Below are positions 46,688-60,348 of a stretch of DNA of 64,000 bases, in pieces. The notes under the pieces were generated by a model. It worked only from the letters and a program-made list of their open reading frames with translations, was not told the DNA's origin and did not search any database. This stretch comes from Obrimoposthia wandeli. Lineage: Eukaryota. The position numbers were made by a program, and so were the translations under genes. Position 1 is the stretch's first letter. Each line of letters begins with the position of its first letter. The DNA lies in assembly GCA_977020255.1 (NCBI GenBank), contig CDROCS010003796.1:186001-250000 (forward strand), in the 5' to 3' direction.

Positions 46688-47728
46688 TCACATATAATTC
46701 TTTGACAAAAGATAAAGACTCAGATCACTATTTTCTAAATAGAGATTGAGCAGTCCATTCAATATTAATGTAACTATTTTAGATTTGCTGTCTCTCAGAG
46801 TCAATCTGGGCAGACGGAGAATCTCAGCTTGCAGCATTGTTGGACTGTGACAGTTGATGGAGCGGGCATTGTCAAATGAGACGTCATTGAGCTGCTGGTT
46901 GAGTCTGTCAAGGTTGGAGATTTCCTCAGTCTGAAGCTGAATTATGCTGATCTCTAGTGGCATCGTCTCGCAGCAAATGGACCGGATGCCAGAGCAGTGG
47001 ACAGTCTCCTTCAGCAGCGTATTTCTGATGTCGTAATGTAAGCCTATAAAAAAGTCCTCTACAGACTCCGGCAAGAGGTTTCTGAGTGGCTCTAAGCTGC
47101 AGTCTCTATTGAGTACGTTTGATGATCTGCTCTGTTTCAGGTGTACGTCAATCTCGGTGTCTGCGTTTCGGGCTAGACTGACGAACAGGCTGCACTCGTC
47201 ACAATAAAGCTGATGTGGGAACACCATATACAGCTGGTTCTCCATCTGCGATAGGAGCACATAGTCGATGTCATCTTTCAGCTTGTCCGACAAACTGAAC
47301 ACAGTAAAGTTTCTGTGCAACTCCTTCAAAGATCTGAATTTGCCAACGCAAATGTCAGTGTGGTTCTCAATAATCGAATCCAGGCAGTATTCATAAGCCA
47401 GCAGCTCAATTGACTTCATGAAGCAGTTGTTGTATTGGATTGGGAAAACTTTGTTCAAATATTCCTCGGTTTTTAACTTATTCAAGACGTCATTCACAAG
47501 CCTTCTCGAGTTTTCCTCCATAATATCCTCCATGGTCAAAAGATGTTTATACTTGGCGCTACACTTGATGGTCTTTGCTTGCTTCGAGGTGCAGTTTCTG
47601 TGTATGGACGTGAACTCCGGACAGTCAATCTGATCGTGAAAGGCCAATATGACATCTTCTGAAACTTCTTGAACGATCTGGAATTCCGGTAACTTCACGG
47701 AGCTTATTTCTGAAATTTTCGTTAGCAT
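46688..47728 (-). CDS. Uncharacterised 346-aa ORF; may be a terminal exon
   Basis: Long open frame with higher GC than its flanks; CAG acceptor-like site just upstream; no family recognised. Confidence 0.75.
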   Translation of the reverse strand: MLTKISEISSVKLPEFQIVQEVSEDVILAFHDQIDCPEFTSIHRNCTSKQAKTIKCSAKYKHLLTMEDIMEENSRRLVNDVLNKLKTEEYLNKVFPIQYNNCFMKSIELLAYEYCLDSIIENHTDICVGKFRSLKELHRNFTVFSLSDKLKDDIDYVLLSQMENQLYMVFPHQLYCDECSLFVSLARNADTEIDVHLKQSRSSNVLNRDCSLEPLRNLLPESVEDFFIGLHYDIRNTLLKETVHCSGIRSICCETMPLEISIIQLQTEEISNLDRLNQQLNDVSFDNARSINCHSPTMLQAEILRLPRLTLRDSKSKIVTLILNGLLNLYLENSDLSLYLLSKNYM

Positions 47729-49560
47729 TTTTACTGCAGCTTATAATTCATATCATCGATCTTTCGTATTTAATAAGTTTATTTTTAATAAATGATTTTA
47801 AATAAACAACTTGTGAAAGCTGGATCTGAGGATCTGTTTGATTTGGAATTAGATGGGATTTTACCCGAATTCAATTTCATTTTCATAAAACACAACTTAG
47901 GGAAATAAATAAAATTTATCAAATAGATAGTTGTGAATGTTCTTTTCATCTTTTCCAAGTTTCCACTAAAGATGACAGAACCAATATATTTTCACTGAAA
48001 GTCAACATGTCCGAAAATTTTGACAGTTTTACAACTGAAAGGCCCAGGCATTCCAAAACACATCAAAGTTCAATTTAACTCATGGTTAGAAAATCGAAAA
48101 TCATTGAATCCTGGGTGAATTTCGGTTGGTTAAATTGGCGGGAATTTTATTACTAATTATTGTTAATCATTTAACGAACTTATTTTTTAATTTTATTTTT
48201 TTATATCTACTAAAATTTTAGAAACAATTGTTTCATACTTTGCAAATGTTCTTTAAAAAAGATTAAAGTTTGAGACACACAATATTCATTTATAGCCTGA
48301 TCTTAAAATTCACCTTAATACTTAAAATGCAACTTTATTTCTTTACCCACTACGAAAAATTTGACGTATCCACTTTCTTTACCGACCTTTTTTTATCTCT
48401 GTCACGGTTTATTGTGAGAAATTTTAATTGTTGCACAAAATTAACCACAAAGCTGAAATTTCACCGTAATCTTCTACCAAATTTACAGCACATTTAAATC
48501 GTTTAAGTAAATCTGTTTATTTTACTTCCAATCTTTCTGTTTGGATTGACTAAAATTTGAGGGTAACAGATGATACATCCTTAAAAAGTGCAAAACGATA
48601 GTTGAGGCTCGTTTTTCTGTTGATTAAAATTAAAGGTGAATTGTATAAGCAAGACTATCAAATATATACAAATTAGAGCCATAAAATATGTTTACAACGA
48701 CGTGCATATTCCTCTTTCTGATCACTGTTCCATAGGTGGGTTGTAATAAAAAAGGCTGGGACCGTGACGAGTCTGTAAGTTTGTATAATATACGTGAATT
48801 AAGTTTTCGAATTTTTATGACAAGTTTACCAAATTAAAACACAAAGTTTATATATAGCAAATTATAAATGAGCTTGGTTAGGTCCAGTCGATGTCTCTGT
48901 AATTTCTGACCCTTTCTTTCTGCCTTTTTCCTAGCTCTGATTGACTAGTATTTCACTTTCTATCTCATCGAATAACTCTTTTCGTTCTTTTTATTCCTCA
49001 AGATTTTTTCCCCTACCTCAGGAAACTCTCCCAATATTTTTTCAGAGGTCACCCGAGGTTTATTAAGTCGTTTTCCTAATGTACCATATAAAACGAATTA
49101 ATTTTAGAATTTCACCAACCTTTAATTGCGTGTTCTGCAAGATGATGTATTAAACAAAATAGTTCAATACAGACCCCCTAGATTTTGAGCGCTCTCGCAT
49201 GTACTGTTATTCTCTTGAGATGGTTATGAAGTTTGTGGGCAACATTTAGGTGTATTAGAGACGTGTTGACCTTAGATTGTAGTTCAATGACGTAATTTAT
49301 ATGAATTTAGCGTTGTATTGCATCAAATTTTTTGTCTCAAGCGACCCAGTGGTATAAAATTACGCTACTGTCAGACTGAACTGTATTAGTTTGAGTTAAT
49401 CTTGACAGCTTCTCAAGATTAGATTACTCTGTGTTTATTAAACTGCAGAGGACGGTCTGACTTAATTAATTATAAATATTACAAATTCTGTAACGGAACA
49501 TTTAGCACACGTTTAAATGAGTTTGAAAACATTTCTACACCAATAAAAGACAAATATGTA

Positions 49561-49935
49561 TTAAAATTCAAAAATAAAATCATGTCCATCACTTTTATTG
49601 ATATTGGAACTCGCACGAATAAATTGAGCTTTAGGTTTGCTCTCGACAACATTACAAATTGCAGGCTTCACAACTTTTTGAACATGAGTCATTTCTTTGT
49701 AGTTCGGAACTAACTTTTTCATAACAGCTCGCTTTCTAACTTTTGGAGCTGTTGTATTCAGCAATGTTTTAATTGCAGTTTCAGATTCGCGAATTTTCTT
49801 TTCAGCATTCTTGCCTTCTTTTGGAGACTTGAGTTTATTTAAATGACTGATTTTCACTTTCTTTAAATAATTTATGCAAAAAGAGACTTCTGATTCGTAA
49901 TCAAAATCTACATCTTCATTTCGAATATCGGCCAT
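49561..49935 (-). CDS. C8orf33: UPF0488/C8orf33 homolog, 124 aa
   Basis: ESEVSFCINYL, IKTLL...APKVRKRAVM...NYKEM and a terminal FxFxF pattern. Confidence 0.75.
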   Translation of the reverse strand: MADIRNEDVDFDYESEVSFCINYLKKVKISHLNKLKSPKEGKNAEKKIRESETAIKTLLNTTAPKVRKRAVMKKLVPNYKEMTHVQKVVKPAICNVVESKPKAQFIRASSNINKSDGHDFIFEF

Positions 49936-51478
49936 AAATTGTGATTCAAGTTTTCACAATAAAATATTTTATATGTTCTCGGTCATAAAATATAAATATT
50001 TAAAAATTAATTTATCATATGTTTAAAATTTTATTTAAGGAATGGTAACGTTAAATTTCATTTAACATTTTAAATATATTAAGATAAAAATAGTTAAACT
50101 AATTTCTTTGTATAATTTTAAAATTTAATTTAAATTGAAAAAAAATACAAATAAATTTAATTTTATTATACTTTTTAAAAATATAATTATAGATATTCTT
50201 CTTCAATTTAAAAATAAAACAACGAGTTTTGAATCTAAATTATGATGAATCTATGATAAACATTTTCATATAGGTTTTTTTTAATAAATATGTTTCATAT
50301 AGGAAATTACAAATACAATTGAATATCATTCCTGGGTCATTTTTCTAAAAAATGCGACTATATATATTAATATTTTTTACTACGAGTGAATTACTTACAA
50401 ATGTTTATTCATTAAGTAAGCTAACTCGACTTCGTTTACATCTAAAAATTGCCTGATGACTGATATAGCTTTATTTTTAAAACTGAAAATTATTTTGGCG
50501 TTTAGATAATTAATGTCAAATCTGCGAAAAAAAGTTTAAAAGGTGATTATTTGCTTCTGATAGAAAAATTCGTAATTTTCAATTGTCAAGTGAAGGCTAA
50601 ATTATTCTCTAAACAAAAACAAGACTACTGCCAAATACCATGCATAGAAAGCAGTTTATGTCATTAAAACGTTTAGTCAGAAAAATGTTAGTTTTTTTAT
50701 AATTTATTATTTTATTTTCAACATAATTTTAATAATCATATACAAATTTATTTGCTTGAATATGACAATTTTGGCTTTCATTTGGTAATATGGATAATTT
50801 CGGTATAACTTTCAATATGTTTCCATGGTTATATTTATGATTAATTAAGAAGTTTTATACATATTTCTGAAAGTTAAGGATATGTTTAAAAGTTATTTAT
50901 TGACTCAGTTTATTAAACTCTCTAATAAATTTCAACTATTTACAAATAGAACAAAAATATCACTTGCTCATTAAATTTTAAAAAATATGCAAATAATCAC
51001 TGATAGTCTTAAACAAGTTTCAATAACATGTGAAGTTATATAAAAAGATTTTTATGAACAAAACCTATTCGTGATATTTAAAGAAAATAATCAATAATCT
51101 CCGTAAAGCTATTTTCATCCTCCGTTAGTTATCCGTGCTTGATATTGATCTGCTTTCATGGATTCTGTCCTATTCTCACAAATTATCTCGTTAAACCCTA
51201 AAACGCTCTTTTTCTTCTTAAACCTCTGAACCCAACGTTATTTCTTTCTTCCTAAGCCTCTTAACCTCCACGTTATTTTCCTCTTTTAAAACCGCCTAAA
51301 TATTTCTAACCATTTAAATAGTGAATTGACTTATAATAATTTCGTTCAAAATCATTAGTATCCCTTTTTGCTGAATTATCTTCTTTGCATTGGGTTAGTA
51401 CAAACCGAATTGTTCTACATATGAAATCTATTTTATTCTACATTTGAAGCAATATGGAATGCTTCTTTGGATAATGAG

Positions 51479-54400
51479 AGTAAGTAGATGTGGAACTTCT
51501 GGAACAAAGCCCCCTGCTGAGGACAAAATGTCTATGTTTTACTTTAAAGGTGACTCATCGATGATTCATCGAACAAAGACCATGACTCATCGATGACTCA
51601 TATCCTTTGTTCTCCTAAAGTACACATGACTCATCACGTGACCTCATGAAGTCACATGAGGTCATGTTTAGGTCAAATTTCTCCTGAGTACACCTGATTT
51701 TTCAAGGTCTAGGTCACATGAGATCAAGGTTAAATTTATCTCGTGTATACCTGATTTTCAAGGTCATGACTCATGTCCTTTGTTTTATTATACTCATCAT
51801 TTGAGTCCATGTGCTCACCATGAGCTCAAGGTTATTATAAGTTCATGAGCTCATATGCTTACTATGAGCTCAAGATTATCATGATATCAAGCTCATGTTC
51901 TTTTATTTTCTACTCATCTTATGAGCTCATGTGCCCACTATCAGCCCAAGGTTATTATTATTATTATAAGATTTTGAGCCCATGTGCTTACCATGAGCCC
52001 AAGGTCCTAAGGTCAAGGTTTAGGTTATGAGCTCATGTGCCCACCATGAGCCCAAGGTTATCATGATATCAAGCTCATGTTCTTTTATAGTGTACTCATC
52101 ACTTGAGCTCAAGGTTATCGTCTAGGTCATGAGCCCATGTGCCGACTATAAGCTCATGTCTTTGTCTTGAAAGACATAGTCATATCAGCTAAAAGGTATA
52201 AAACCCATAGGATGTTTACTTCAATAATGTTTGAAAAACACAGTAGGACAACAATCAATAGATATTTGTTCTTCTATTGTGTTTTTCAAACATATATTGA
52301 AATTAAATCAATAAAAATAAAAATTACTCAAGCTTGTCACAGCAGCAGAATAATAAATAAATAAAAACTTACCTGAATACTGCAGCATAAATCCATTAAC
52401 CGCACACATACTCCAATACAAGGCAGATATTTTCTCTGCCTTGTTTTGGAGTGTGCGGTAGGGAAGAGAAATTCACACACTCACACAGAAGTGAAGAAAA
52501 TGTCACGTGACTGTGTGAGTGTGTGATATACAAATAATTGCACTTGTTTGCAATATAAGTACACGTGATATGCTTTGTTCTTTTTGAATTATTTACTTTC
52601 ACATGTTGAGAACATGAGTCTTTCAGGACAACAACTATGAGAACATGGTTACTCAATCTTGATGGTACTTCTTTGAGCTGGTTATTTGAGCTGCTTCTTT
52701 TAAGGAAGTTATTTGAGTTGCTTCTTTTAAGGAAGTTCTTTGAGTTGCTTCTTTAAAGGTACTTCTTATTGCTGGTTTGTAAAGTTGGTTCTTTGAGCTG
52801 ATTCATATTATGGTTTTTCGAATAGGGTTCTCTCAAAGGGTCTAAAACCTTCAAAAATGTATTTTTTCTACTTTTCAAAGTTATATATAATAAGCTTGTA
52901 CATCATTTTAACCAAAAACCTTTTTGCACATGTAAATTTTTGCCTCTGAAATTTTTTCATCAAAACTTTATTTTCTTCAAAAACTTATTTTCTTCAAAAA
53001 CTTATTTTCTTCAAAACTTTATTACTTCAAAATCAATTACTTTTAAAACAAAGTAATAAAAAATTTACAAAGTTTATTTAACTAAATTAAGCTATCTACT
53101 GATAAGTATTATTTAAATTTATTTAAACGTTCTAGCACGTGTTGGAACTATTCATCATAAAGACATTATAAAGACACTTTGTTTAAATACATCAATTTCA
53201 TTCTTAGATTTCTAAAGTCATTTAATATAAATTAGGGGAATGTATCTAGGTTATTATATATCATGTGTTTAATTCGAAATGTTATTATCCATTGTTAATT
53301 AAAATTTGTTTTACTGCGTCAATGATGATGATGTAAATTCCATCTAATATGTTTTTCACTAGCTTACATCACTCAGGCATATGTGTGTGTGAATAATTAG
53401 ACAGATGTTGCCTTTTGGTTACATCACTCAGACACGTGTGTGTAAATAATTAGATAGATGTTGTTAGTTGATTAGTTTACTCCGCCATGTAAATTATCAT
53501 ACAGATGTTGACACTTGGAAACATCTTATTAAAATTTAAACTACTTTAAATAGTTTACTTATATCATATGAGTAACTAAAATAAATCAAGTTCTATAAGT
53601 ATTTACACATGACTTACTTTGATTTTATAAAATAACTTTAAGAATTAAATGTATATATGTATGTTTGTGAGCATATTTGATTACTAGTAGATTAACAAAG
53701 ACATCAGATGATATCCCTTGCACATATATAATAAAGCTTAATCATGAATGTATGTGTGTGTATGTTTGTATGCAAAGCTTAATCATCTATGTATGTGTAA
53801 GTTTGTATGTGTTTAATAAAGCTTATGTATATTACCAGATATCTAATTACATGTGTAAAACTGATCATGTATAGTGAATTTACTACATCATATCAAAATT
53901 TGTTTTAATGCATCAATTTCAATGCCCGCAAATTAAAATATTTGTTTGTTATGATCACAAGTATTTGTGATTTTGCTGCATCATAACAAGATATATTTAC
54001 TAAAATGTAGATATCACCTCATCTTATCTCATCATAACTTCATCTTCTCTCCTCATCTCAACATACTATGTTTTCTTAAGAAACTATGAAATCTCAGATG
54101 TTAAACGGAAATTAAGAATAGATCAATATTCTACATGTTATTGATTACAGTTATTAAAGCTCAATTAAAGCATTGATATTTATAATGTAGAATTGAAACT
54201 TAGAATATATATATATATCATAAGACTACTAAGGTTATTCATAATAATTTATCAACATAACTTGTATTCATCAATTGTATTATGGTTACAAAGTGTTATG
54301 TATTACTATCATTAGAAAATTATAGCTAAAGTAGATACTAAAATATCAACGTAGTATTTATAGCAACGTATAGAAAATATAGTAAACATACCTAGAATGA

Positions 54401-56744
54401 TGGAGTATAGTAATCCACTGGAATGTCTTCTGATTGGCGAAATATTGGTTGAGCAGGAAAATATAACACATATAGCAAACTTAGCTGAGAGAAATTGGAG
54501 TATAGTAATCCACTGGAATATCTTCTGATTGCTGGAAGATAGGTTGAGCAGGGAATAGACTATAGTAATATTGTGTGTGTGTGTGTGTACATGCATGAAT
54601 ACTTAGAAAAAATTATAATTTGATTGAGCAAGGAAATATAATATAGTAATATTGTATGTGTGTGTATATGTATGTGTGTGAATACTTACAAAAATATATA
54701 AAAAATAATGTATAGTAATATTGTATGTGTGTATGTGTGAATACTTACAAAAATTTACAAGTTGATAGAACAAGGAAAATAGAACATAGAGACTATTGTG
54801 TGTGTGTGCATGTGTGTCTGAATACTTACAAGAAATACAAGGTATATACAAAAATCTAATTATAGAACATTACATCTCTATCTTTTTCAATTCCATATCA
54901 ATATTGTTTATCGTAATAACAACTATATGTTCTATATTATGTTCTAAAAGTATTAATGTATTCAGGAAATTTATGATATTTAGGTTCTTCTAGGGAAGAA
55001 ATTATGTGAGATTTAGAAATATTTATTAGCTTTGCTTGGAATTTTTCAGTTGATTGAAGAAATTTAGGGAACAGCTCACATTGATGGAGTGTGTATTTGA
55101 TTCAGTTTAGTAGGCTTATTGAAACTTTTGCTCATATGATGATATCAGAGAATGTTCACCAATCAATAACTTCAAGCAAAATGTGATTAATATGGTGGAG
55201 AAAGTCTGAAACTCTTTATCTTACTTTATTGGATTCAGATGTGCTTACAACAAGACTACTACCAATGATTGAACTTATCAATATCTTCTCCAGGTAAGAT
55301 ATTATCATAGGATTGCGCGCGCCTTCATATCCTTACACCAGGATCTACTATAGAATTGTTCCCAAGGTGATGATTGAAAAATTCGCGGGTGAAGGATATT
55401 TATCGATCAATTTTATTATTAACTCTGAGGGTGAATATATTTTGATAATCATAATTTTCATTGGTTAGAGATTCACCCAGATCAATTAGATGGAAGTAAA
55501 TGAAAGTATCCTGAATGAATTACATGACATACTTAACAATCTTAGAAAATAATATTGGAAGACTTTATTATACAAAGAAGACTGCTTTTATCATTTTGTT
55601 TACAAGAAGTCATAGAAATTAGTGATATTTGGGAATTTTCTAGAAGAAACATTAATGATATATCTAGCAAATTTGCAATATTTAGGTGATTCTAGAAGAG
55701 AAATTAATGATATGTTCAGGGAAAGTTATGATATTTAGGTTGTTTTAGCGGTAGAATTAATGAAATATCTCGGAAATTATTGATATTTAGATGGTTCAAG
55801 AAGAAACACTAATGATGTGTTCAGGAAATTCGTGATATTTAGCAGATTCTAGAAGAGAAATGTATGACATATCCGGGAAATCAATGATATTTAACTGGTT
55901 ACTCGATAAAAGAAATTAAAGATATCTTCAGCAAATCTATGATGTGTAAATGGTTCTATAAGATAAATAATTGATATGTTCACCCAATTTTTATACCTAT
56001 TAGCTGATATGACTATGTCTTTCAAGACAAAGGCATAAGCTCATAGTCGGCACATGGGCTCATGACCTAGACCATAACCTTGAGCTCATGGTGAGCACAT
56101 GAGCTCAAGTAATGAGTACAATATAAAAGAATGTGAGCTTGATATCATGATAACCTTGGGCTCATGGTGGGAACATGAGCTCATAACCTAGACCTTGACC
56201 TTATGATAATCTTGGGCTCATGATAAGCACATGAGCTCATAAAATGAGTACACTATAAAAGAACATGAGCTTGATATCATGATAACCTTGAGCTCATAGT
56301 AAGCATATGAGCTCATGAACTTATAATAACCTTGAGCTCATGGTGAGCACATGAGCTCAAGTGATGAGTATAATAAAACAAAGGACATGAGTCATGACCT
56401 TGAAATGACCTAGAAAATCAGGTATACTCGAGAGAAATTTTACCTACATCACATGACCTTGACCTCATGTGACCTTGACCTTGAAAATTCATGTGTACTC
56501 GGGATAAATTTGACCTTAACATGACCTCAAATGACCTTGACCTCATGTGACCTCATGAGGTCACGTGATGAGTCATGTGTACTTTAGGAGAACAAAAGAT
56601 ATGAGTCATCGATGATTCATGGTATTTGTTCGATGAGTCATGTTTTTGTTAGATGAGTCATAGATGAGTCACCTAAAATGTAGAACAAAGACATTTTGTC
56701 CTCAGGAGGAGGGCTGTGTCCCAGAAGTGCCACATCCACCTACT
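51479..56744. mobile_element. Non-autonomous Polinton, 5266 bp, ~730-bp TIRs, 6-bp TSD AATGAG
   Basis: AATGAG|AGTAAGTAGATGTGG...CCACATCCACCTACT|AATGAG; TIRs 51479-~52205 and ~55990-56744. Confidence 0.95.
55200..55450 (+). pseudogene. polB: Highly decayed polB relic with intron remnant 55294-55310
   Basis: TCTCCAG|GTAAG...CATAG|GATTG...TTCATATCCTTA corresponds to FSIPG|LTFASAFKSL. Confidence 0.6.
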
Positions 56745-56949
56745 AATGAGTGTAAAGTAACTTCTTATAGGACATTATTTTCAAAGTATATCAAATTGGG
56801 GGAATATATCATTAATTTCTCTTCTATAACATCTTGCAAACAAAATGATCAAAGCAGACTTCTTTGGATAATGAATTAAAAGAAAACTAGAAGTCTTCCA
56901 ATCTTCTTTTCTAAGAGAAGCTCGTCAAGTTTATCATGTAATTTATTTG

Positions 56950-57480
56950 GAATACTTATATTTATTTCCATTAAATGAGTATAACAGCTTAAATTGTTAT
57001 AGCTCACGAATTATTTCTTCTATTTGGTCAATTACCCGGTAAAATATTTACCGGTGAAAATTGATAAAAAGATTATTATCATAGAAATAGAATTATCCTC
57101 AGAGTTAGTAATTTTGACAAACAAATATCATTCCTCCGCGAATATCTTCTTCAAGCAGCATCTCGGAATCAATTCCACAATAGATCTAGCTTTTGGTCTT
57201 TTAGCTTAGTAAGGACTTGAAAGCAGGCACAAACCTATGTAAAATAATACTAGTATCTTATCTGGAATAGAGAAGAAATTGAGAGATTCCGTTATCGGTA
57301 ATAGTCTTGTTGTAAACACACCCGCGTCCATATTAAGGTAAAGCAACAGTCCCAAAGAAATTCACTCTCGTCCTTTCTCTGTCATATTGATCGCTTTTGA
57401 TCTTCTCAACACCTTTTGGTGGAAGTTATTGATCGGAAAACAGTTTCTGATACAGCCATATGAAAATATCCATTTCACAA
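56950..57480 (-). pseudogene. polB: Decayed polB relic with intron remnant 57235-57261
   Basis: YLNMD...LNFFSIP, AFKSLL and EDIRGGMIFV align with the main pPolB. Confidence 0.75.
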
Positions 57481-59468
57481 GATGAGGTTGAAGAATGTGT
57501 CAGACTAGATTTTCAACAAGACTGCTAAAACTTAAGTGAATCGAATACAGATTCCATCACTGTGCACTGTTCCCTAAATTTCCCCAATCAACTGAAAAAT
57601 CTCAAGCAATGCTCACAAATATCACTAAATCTCACATAATTTCTCCTCTAAAACATCTGAATAGCACAAATTAGCTATGCTTAAATTTCCTGAACATATC
57701 ATTTATTTCTCTTCTAGGACCACCTCAATATCATAACCTTTGCTCATATATTGATGTAAGCCTATTAATAAATCACGTTGGGGTCGGATTAGGCATTTTC
57801 CTATAATTCACAATAATTTCTAACTCATCAATTTCTATAAATTCTGAGACTCCTTATTTAGCAAACATTAAATATAACTTATTGACTTTAGTAAGTAAAA
57901 AAATTATATAGCAATTATTAAATAATGACAAAATATTTATAGATATTAACTGATACTTCAAAAGTCTTAGATCAATTTCAGAGATATATTATAAATCATT
58001 TATCAAATATGAGGAAATCTTATCTGATATTTCAAAAATTAACCTAACAGCTAGACCGCTAATACTTTAACCGAAAAATATTCTGATTATCTTTTCCTAA
58101 ATTACTGTGACTTAATAGGAGAAGTATGTCAAAGCAAGTAGCAGCTAAATTATTGAATCGAACTTGTATAATTATGTATTCCATCTTTATGATAGAAACA
58201 TTGATATATATGTGCAGAATATCACAAATATTATATAACAAAAATCACTAAATAACAAATAACTTCTCGAAAACATCTTAATAGTACAAATTAGGTAATC
58301 ATCTATGCATAAATTGCTCTTCTTAAACCTTAAATTATCTTCTTAATCACCTAAATATCACAATTTCCTGAACACCTTGTCAATTTCTTTACCTATATAT
58401 CCTAAATAATTTTCTGAAATTACTTTTTAACTACCTAAATATCATAAATTTCTCTAGTAGGAGCACCTGAACATCATTAATTTCTCTTCTAGAAGCATCT
58501 AAGTAATATCTCCTTTGAACCATCAATTTGTCTTCTATGTCATTTTCCCTTCTAAACTCTTTCTAAATAGTTAATATCTAAGCTATAATTTCAGTTCTAA
58601 ACCCTTTTAATTTCCTCTTCTGAAACCTCTTGAACACCAACGTTAAATCCTCATATAAACCCTATTTTAAGACTATAAATTATCTACTAAAACTCATGAA
58701 CTCCTTCGTTAAAACCCTTTCTATACCTCTTCTTAGGCTATATTTTCTCTTCTTAAACCAAAACCCCCGTTAAATCCTCCTACTTTAAATCCCTTTTAGT
58801 ATTTTTTTTTCTTTTTAAACCTACTAAATATCACGTTAAATCCACCTCTAAACCCATTTTAAGACAATATTTTCTCTTCTGAAACCTCTTAATTCACCTG
58901 TAAACCCCTCTTAGGTTTTAATTTCCTGTTCTGAAACCAAACCACACGTTATATCCTCCTCTAGACCACTTTTAAGCTATATTTTTCTTCTGAAATCTCT
59001 TAAAACCCCCTTAAATTCTCGTCTAAAATACTCTAAACACTTCGTAAATTTCTTCTAAGACCACTTATGCTTAAAATTCTCTTTTAGAATCACCTACATT
59101 TCATAAATTACCTGAACATCTCGTTAATTAGTTTTCCAAACAACCTAATACCATAATTATCATATAGATCGCATTAATTCCTCTTTATACATATCTGTTG
59201 GATTAAATAATTTATTTAATGGATTAATTAATTAAAAATTAATGAATTTTTGGTCAATTAAAATTGACATTAACTGAAGTGCCCACAGTCAGGGAGGTTT
59301 TCCTTGTCAGCCCCCGACGGGGTGGACGTCTCGTTTCGTCTTGCCAGGGTCGTCAGGAAGGCGGCGAAAAAAGTAGATGGAAAAAGAGATTTTTATCTCA
59401 AGTATTTTTACCACTGAAAATTACCGCCCAGTAGCAGCGGCCTTCTTCTCAGTCTTCCTACATCGTCA

Positions 59469-60348
59469 NNNNNNNNNNNNNNNNNNNNNNNNNNNNNNNN
59501 NNNNNNNNNNNNNNNNNNNNNNNNNNNNNNNNNNNNNNNNNNNNNNNNNNNNNNNNNNNNNNNNNNNNNNNNNNNNNNNNNNNNNNNNNNNNNNNNNNNN
59601 NNNNNNNNNNNNNNNNNNNNNNNNNNNNNNNNNNNNNNNNNNNNNNNNNNNNNNNNNNNNNNNNNNNNNNNNNNNNNNNNNNNNNNNNNNNNNNNNNNNN
59701 NNNNNNNNNNNNNNNNNNNNNNNNNNNNNNNNNNNNNNNNNNNNNNNNNNNNNNNNNNNNNNNNNNNNNNNNNNNNNNNNNNNNNNNNNNNNNNNNNNNN
59801 NNNNNNNNNNNNNNNNNNNNNNNNNNNNNNNNNNNNNNNNNNNNNNNNNNNNNNNNNNNNNNNNNNNNNNNNNNNNNNNNNNNNNNNNNNNNNNNNNNNN
59901 NNNNNNNNNNNNNNNNNNNNNNNNNNNNNNNNNNNNNNNNNNNNNNNNNNNNNNNNNNNNNNNNNNNNNNNNNNNNNNNNNNNNNNNNNNNNNNNNNNNN
60001 NNNNNNNNNNNNNNNNNNNNNNNNNNNNNNNNNNNNNNNNNNNNNNNNNNNNNNNNNNNNNNNNNNNNNNNNNNNNNNNNNNNNNNNNNNNNNNNNNNNN
60101 NNNNNNNNNNNNNNNNNNNNNNNNNNNNNNNNNNNNNNNNNNNNNNNNNNNNNNNNNNNNNNNNNNNNNNNNNNNNNNNNNNNNNNNNNNNNNNNNNNNN
60201 NNNNNNNNNNNNNNNNNNNNNNNNNNNNNNNNNNNNNNNNNNNNNNNNNNNNNNNNNNNNNNNNNNNNNNNNNNNNNNNNNNNNNNNNNNNNNNNNNNNN
60301 NNNNNNNNNNNNNNNNNNNNNNNNNNNNNNNNNNNNNNNNNNNNNNNG
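59469..60348. other. Assembly gap, 880 N
   Basis: Run of N. Confidence 1.
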
